A DNA stretch of 36,566 nt from Gemmatimonadota bacterium (lineage in GTDB: Bacteria; Gemmatimonadota; Gemmatimonadetes; Palauibacterales; Palauibacteraceae), in the NCBI GenBank assembly GCA_039585935.1, contig JBDGUY010000001.1:1-36566 (forward strand), in the 5' to 3' direction. Below the pieces are notes generated by a model. That model saw nothing but the letters and a program-made list of their open reading frames with translations. It made no database searches and was not told where the DNA came from. Positions 34,442 to 36,566 of this stretch are shown here, piece after piece (the stretch's first letter is position 1; each line of letters opens with the position of its first letter). A program made the position numbers and the translations under genes.

Positions 34442-36566
34442 GTGCGCGTACCGGCCCTCGCACCCGTCCTGCTGCTGCTTGTTTCGAGCGCCATTCTCTC
34501 CGTGCCGGGCAATGCGCGAGCCCAGGGGATCGCCGACCGGGAGATCGTCGAACTGCAGTTCGAGGGCAACGTGGCGTTTCCCGAGAAGGATCTCCGCAAG
34601 GCGATCCTGACCGACCAGACGCAGTGCAAGAGCTTTCTGTTCAACTTCCCGCTCATGATCTGTCCGTTCACGGATTGGGGGTTTGCCCACTCCCGCGAAT
34701 ACTTGGACGAAGGGGAACTACCGCTCGACGTGATCCGGCTCCAGTTGTACTACCGACAGCGCGGGTTTCGTGAAGCCACGGTAGACACTGTGGTGACGCG
34801 GGATAATGGTACGGCGCGAATCCTGTTTCGGATTCACGAGAATGAGCCGACCCTGATTTCCAGCATCGGGGTGAATGTCGCTGGCGATGCGATCGACTCC
34901 GCGACAGTGCTGTCGCATCTGCCGACCAGGGTGGGGGACCGGCTGGATCTCATCGCTTTGCAGTTGGGCGAAGCCACGGTCAGCGATGAATTGCGGCGCG
35001 CCGGATATGTAGATGCCGCAGTCCTGCGAGACTACTTCATTCCGAGGGACTCGCGACAGGCTGACGTTCTGTTGCGCGTGGATCCCGGGCCGCGGGTGCG
35101 GATCGGAGAGGTGCGGATCGCGGGAGCGGAGGCCGTCGGCGATGACGTGGTTCTGTCGTTGCTCGAATTCGAGAGCGGCGACTGGTTCCAGGAAACCCGG
35201 ATCATCGAGAGTCAGCGACGGCTGTTCAATCTCGAGGCCTTCCGCTACGCGAACATCGCGTCCGAGCGGGCGAACGACACCGTGATCGACCTCCTCGTGC
35301 AGGTCGCCGCGGCCGAGCCCCGGGCCGTGCGGGCAGGATTTGGCGTGCAGACGAACGAGTGCGTCCAGCTCGAAGGGCAGTTCGTGAATCGGAATTTCCT
35401 CGGTGGAGGAAGGACTTTCCGCGTCACCGGCCGGCTCTCGAACCTGCTCACCAAGCAGTTGAATGGGAACTTCCCGTGCAACGGCACGAGTTCCGATGAG
35501 GTGTACCAGGAATTGAACTGGCTCCTGGACCTGTCCTTCGTTCAGCCCGTGTTTTCGGGGAGTCGGAATTCACTGCAACTTCGTCTGTTTACCGAGCGGG
35601 AGACGGTTCCCGACCTGTTCGTACGAACGGGAGTCGGTGGGGAAGTCGCCTTCAACTGGCTGGTTATGCCCCGCATGTCGATGCGGCCGTCGTACCGCCC
35701 GGAACTGACTGCATTCGGTGAACAGTCCGCCGACATCTATTTCTGCGTCAACTACGGGCTCTGCACGCCTGAAGACATTGCGCTGTTGTCTGAGAGCAAG
35801 TGGTTGTCGCCCGTCCGACTCCTGTGGGCGTGGAATCAGACTGACAATCCACTGGCCACGACGAGGGGGTACTACGTCGCGGCGGAGGGGGAAGCGGCGG
35901 CATCGTTCACCTTTTCCGATTATCAGTACATCCGCGGCAGCGTAGAATCTGCCGGATTTCACCCGGTGTTCGGAAGCGCTGTCCTGGGAGCGCGAGTTCG
36001 ATTCGGCGGCGTGCGGGGAATGTCCGGTACCGTGTTCGGGGGAGAGGACGAGGAGGTTGAGATCATTCACCCGACCAAGCGGTTCTTCGCGGGCGGTCCG
36101 GTGAGCGTTCGTGGCTTCGGACTCAATCTGCTCGGGCCCACGGTACTCGTGATGTCGGACCTGGAAGACTGCGGTTCGGGCTTTCTGACGCCCGAAGAGC
36201 TGCAGGAATGCGCGAACGCTCTCCCTCCGACGGCGTTCGACGAGCGCCCTGTCGGCGGAAACGTTCTGCTCGAGGGCTCGCTCGAAATGCGGTTTCCGCT
36301 GAGCGCCAGATTCACGGTCGTCGGATTTGTCGACGCTGGACAGGTGTGGAGAAGTTTCGACGAACGGGCCTCGCTGATCGCGACCCCCGGTGTCGGAGTG
36401 CGATACAACAGCCCCATCGGACCCCTGCGCATGGACCTGGGCTTCAACCCATCGTCCGAGGTTCTGAAGCCTGTCGTTGCCGTTCGCTCGGCGACAGGGG
36501 TGATCGTCGAGCTCGAGGATCCGGTTCCGTACGATCCGTATGGCTGGGACGATCCCTCGCTGTTCA
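34442..36566 (+). CDS. Omp85/BamA-family outer-membrane protein with ~3 POTRA domains (TamA-like architecture), 3' end outside the window
   Basis: Not in the ORF track because it has no stop. My own translation from GTG 34442 gives the signal peptide VRVPALAPVLLLLVSSAILSVPGNARA-QG and three POTRA-like units (IVELQFEGNVAF.., LISSIGVNVAGD.., VRIGEVRIAGAE..). The barrel starts near RAGFGVQTNE..NFLGGGRTFRV. Also present are KRFFAGGPVSVRGF (36077-) and GVGVRYNSPIGPLRMDLGF. The frame is open to 36566. Confidence 0.85.
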   Translation, partial: MRVPALAPVLLLLVSSAILSVPGNARAQGIADREIVELQFEGNVAFPEKDLRKAILTDQTQCKSFLFNFPLMICPFTDWGFAHSREYLDEGELPLDVIRLQLYYRQRGFREATVDTVVTRDNGTARILFRIHENEPTLISSIGVNVAGDAIDSATVLSHLPTRVGDRLDLIALQLGEATVSDELRRAGYVDAAVLRDYFIPRDSRQADVLLRVDPGPRVRIGEVRIAGAEAVGDDVVLSLLEFESGDWFQETRIIESQRRLFNLEAFRYANIASERANDTVIDLLVQVAAAEPRAVRAGFGVQTNECVQLEGQFVNRNFLGGGRTFRVTGRLSNLLTKQLNGNFPCNGTSSDEVYQELNWLLDLSFVQPVFSGSRNSLQLRLFTERETVPDLFVRTGVGGEVAFNWLVMPRMSMRPSYRPELTAFGEQSADIYFCVNYGLCTPEDIALLSESKWLSPVRLLWAWNQTDNPLATTRGYYVAAEGEAAASFTFSDYQYIRGSVESAGFHPVFGSAVLGARVRFGGVRGMSGTVFGGEDEEVEIIHPTKRFFAGGPVSVRGFGLNLLGPTVLVMSDLEDCGSGFLTPEELQECANALPPTAFDERPVGGNVLLEGSLEMRFPLSARFTVVGFVDAGQVWRSFDERASLIATPGVGVRYNSPIGPLRMDLGFNPSSEVLKPVVAVRSATGVIVELEDPVPYDPYGWDDPSLF

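Overview
GC-rich chromosomal window from a diderm bacterium (Omp85-family protein, TonB-C domain, Lgt and lipobox proteins are present). Gene content and a rhomboid protease with an FCB-style C-terminal tail hint at a Gemmatimonadota-like or FCB-group organism, but that is inference only. The left edge (1-~300) holds the 3' part of RNase P RNA. At 349-4940 on the minus strand lies a compact four-gene operon of signal-peptide proteins. It encodes two small pilin-like beta-rich proteins, a two-Ig-domain periplasmic protein with PapD-chaperone-like strand motifs, and a 910-aa protein with Ig-like ends and a barrel-like centre. I read this operon as a highly divergent chaperone-usher-like surface-fibre system. 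It is the only accessory-looking locus here and the best candidate for something undescribed. A 442-bp non-coding divergent region follows. From 5383 to the right edge, 31 plus-strand housekeeping genes run back to back, many with ATGA/GTGA stop-start overlaps. In order they are: an M16 peptidase pair, NUDIX, ECF sigma and zf-HC2 anti-sigma, holA, a SPOR protein, mutS, a TonB-C lipoprotein, a CysK/CBS-like enzyme, ddl, rhomboid, an EF-G paralog, yebC, ruvCAB, queA, tgt, yajC, def, fmt, thiE-thiS-thiG, rsmB, a kinase-less PASTA protein, a YbbR protein, tsaD, lgt, and a 3-POTRA Omp85 protein cut by the window end. I saw no tRNA or rRNA genes, CRISPR arrays, transposases, integrases or prophage signals. 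Many long antisense or alternate-frame ORFs in the track are high-GC artefacts.
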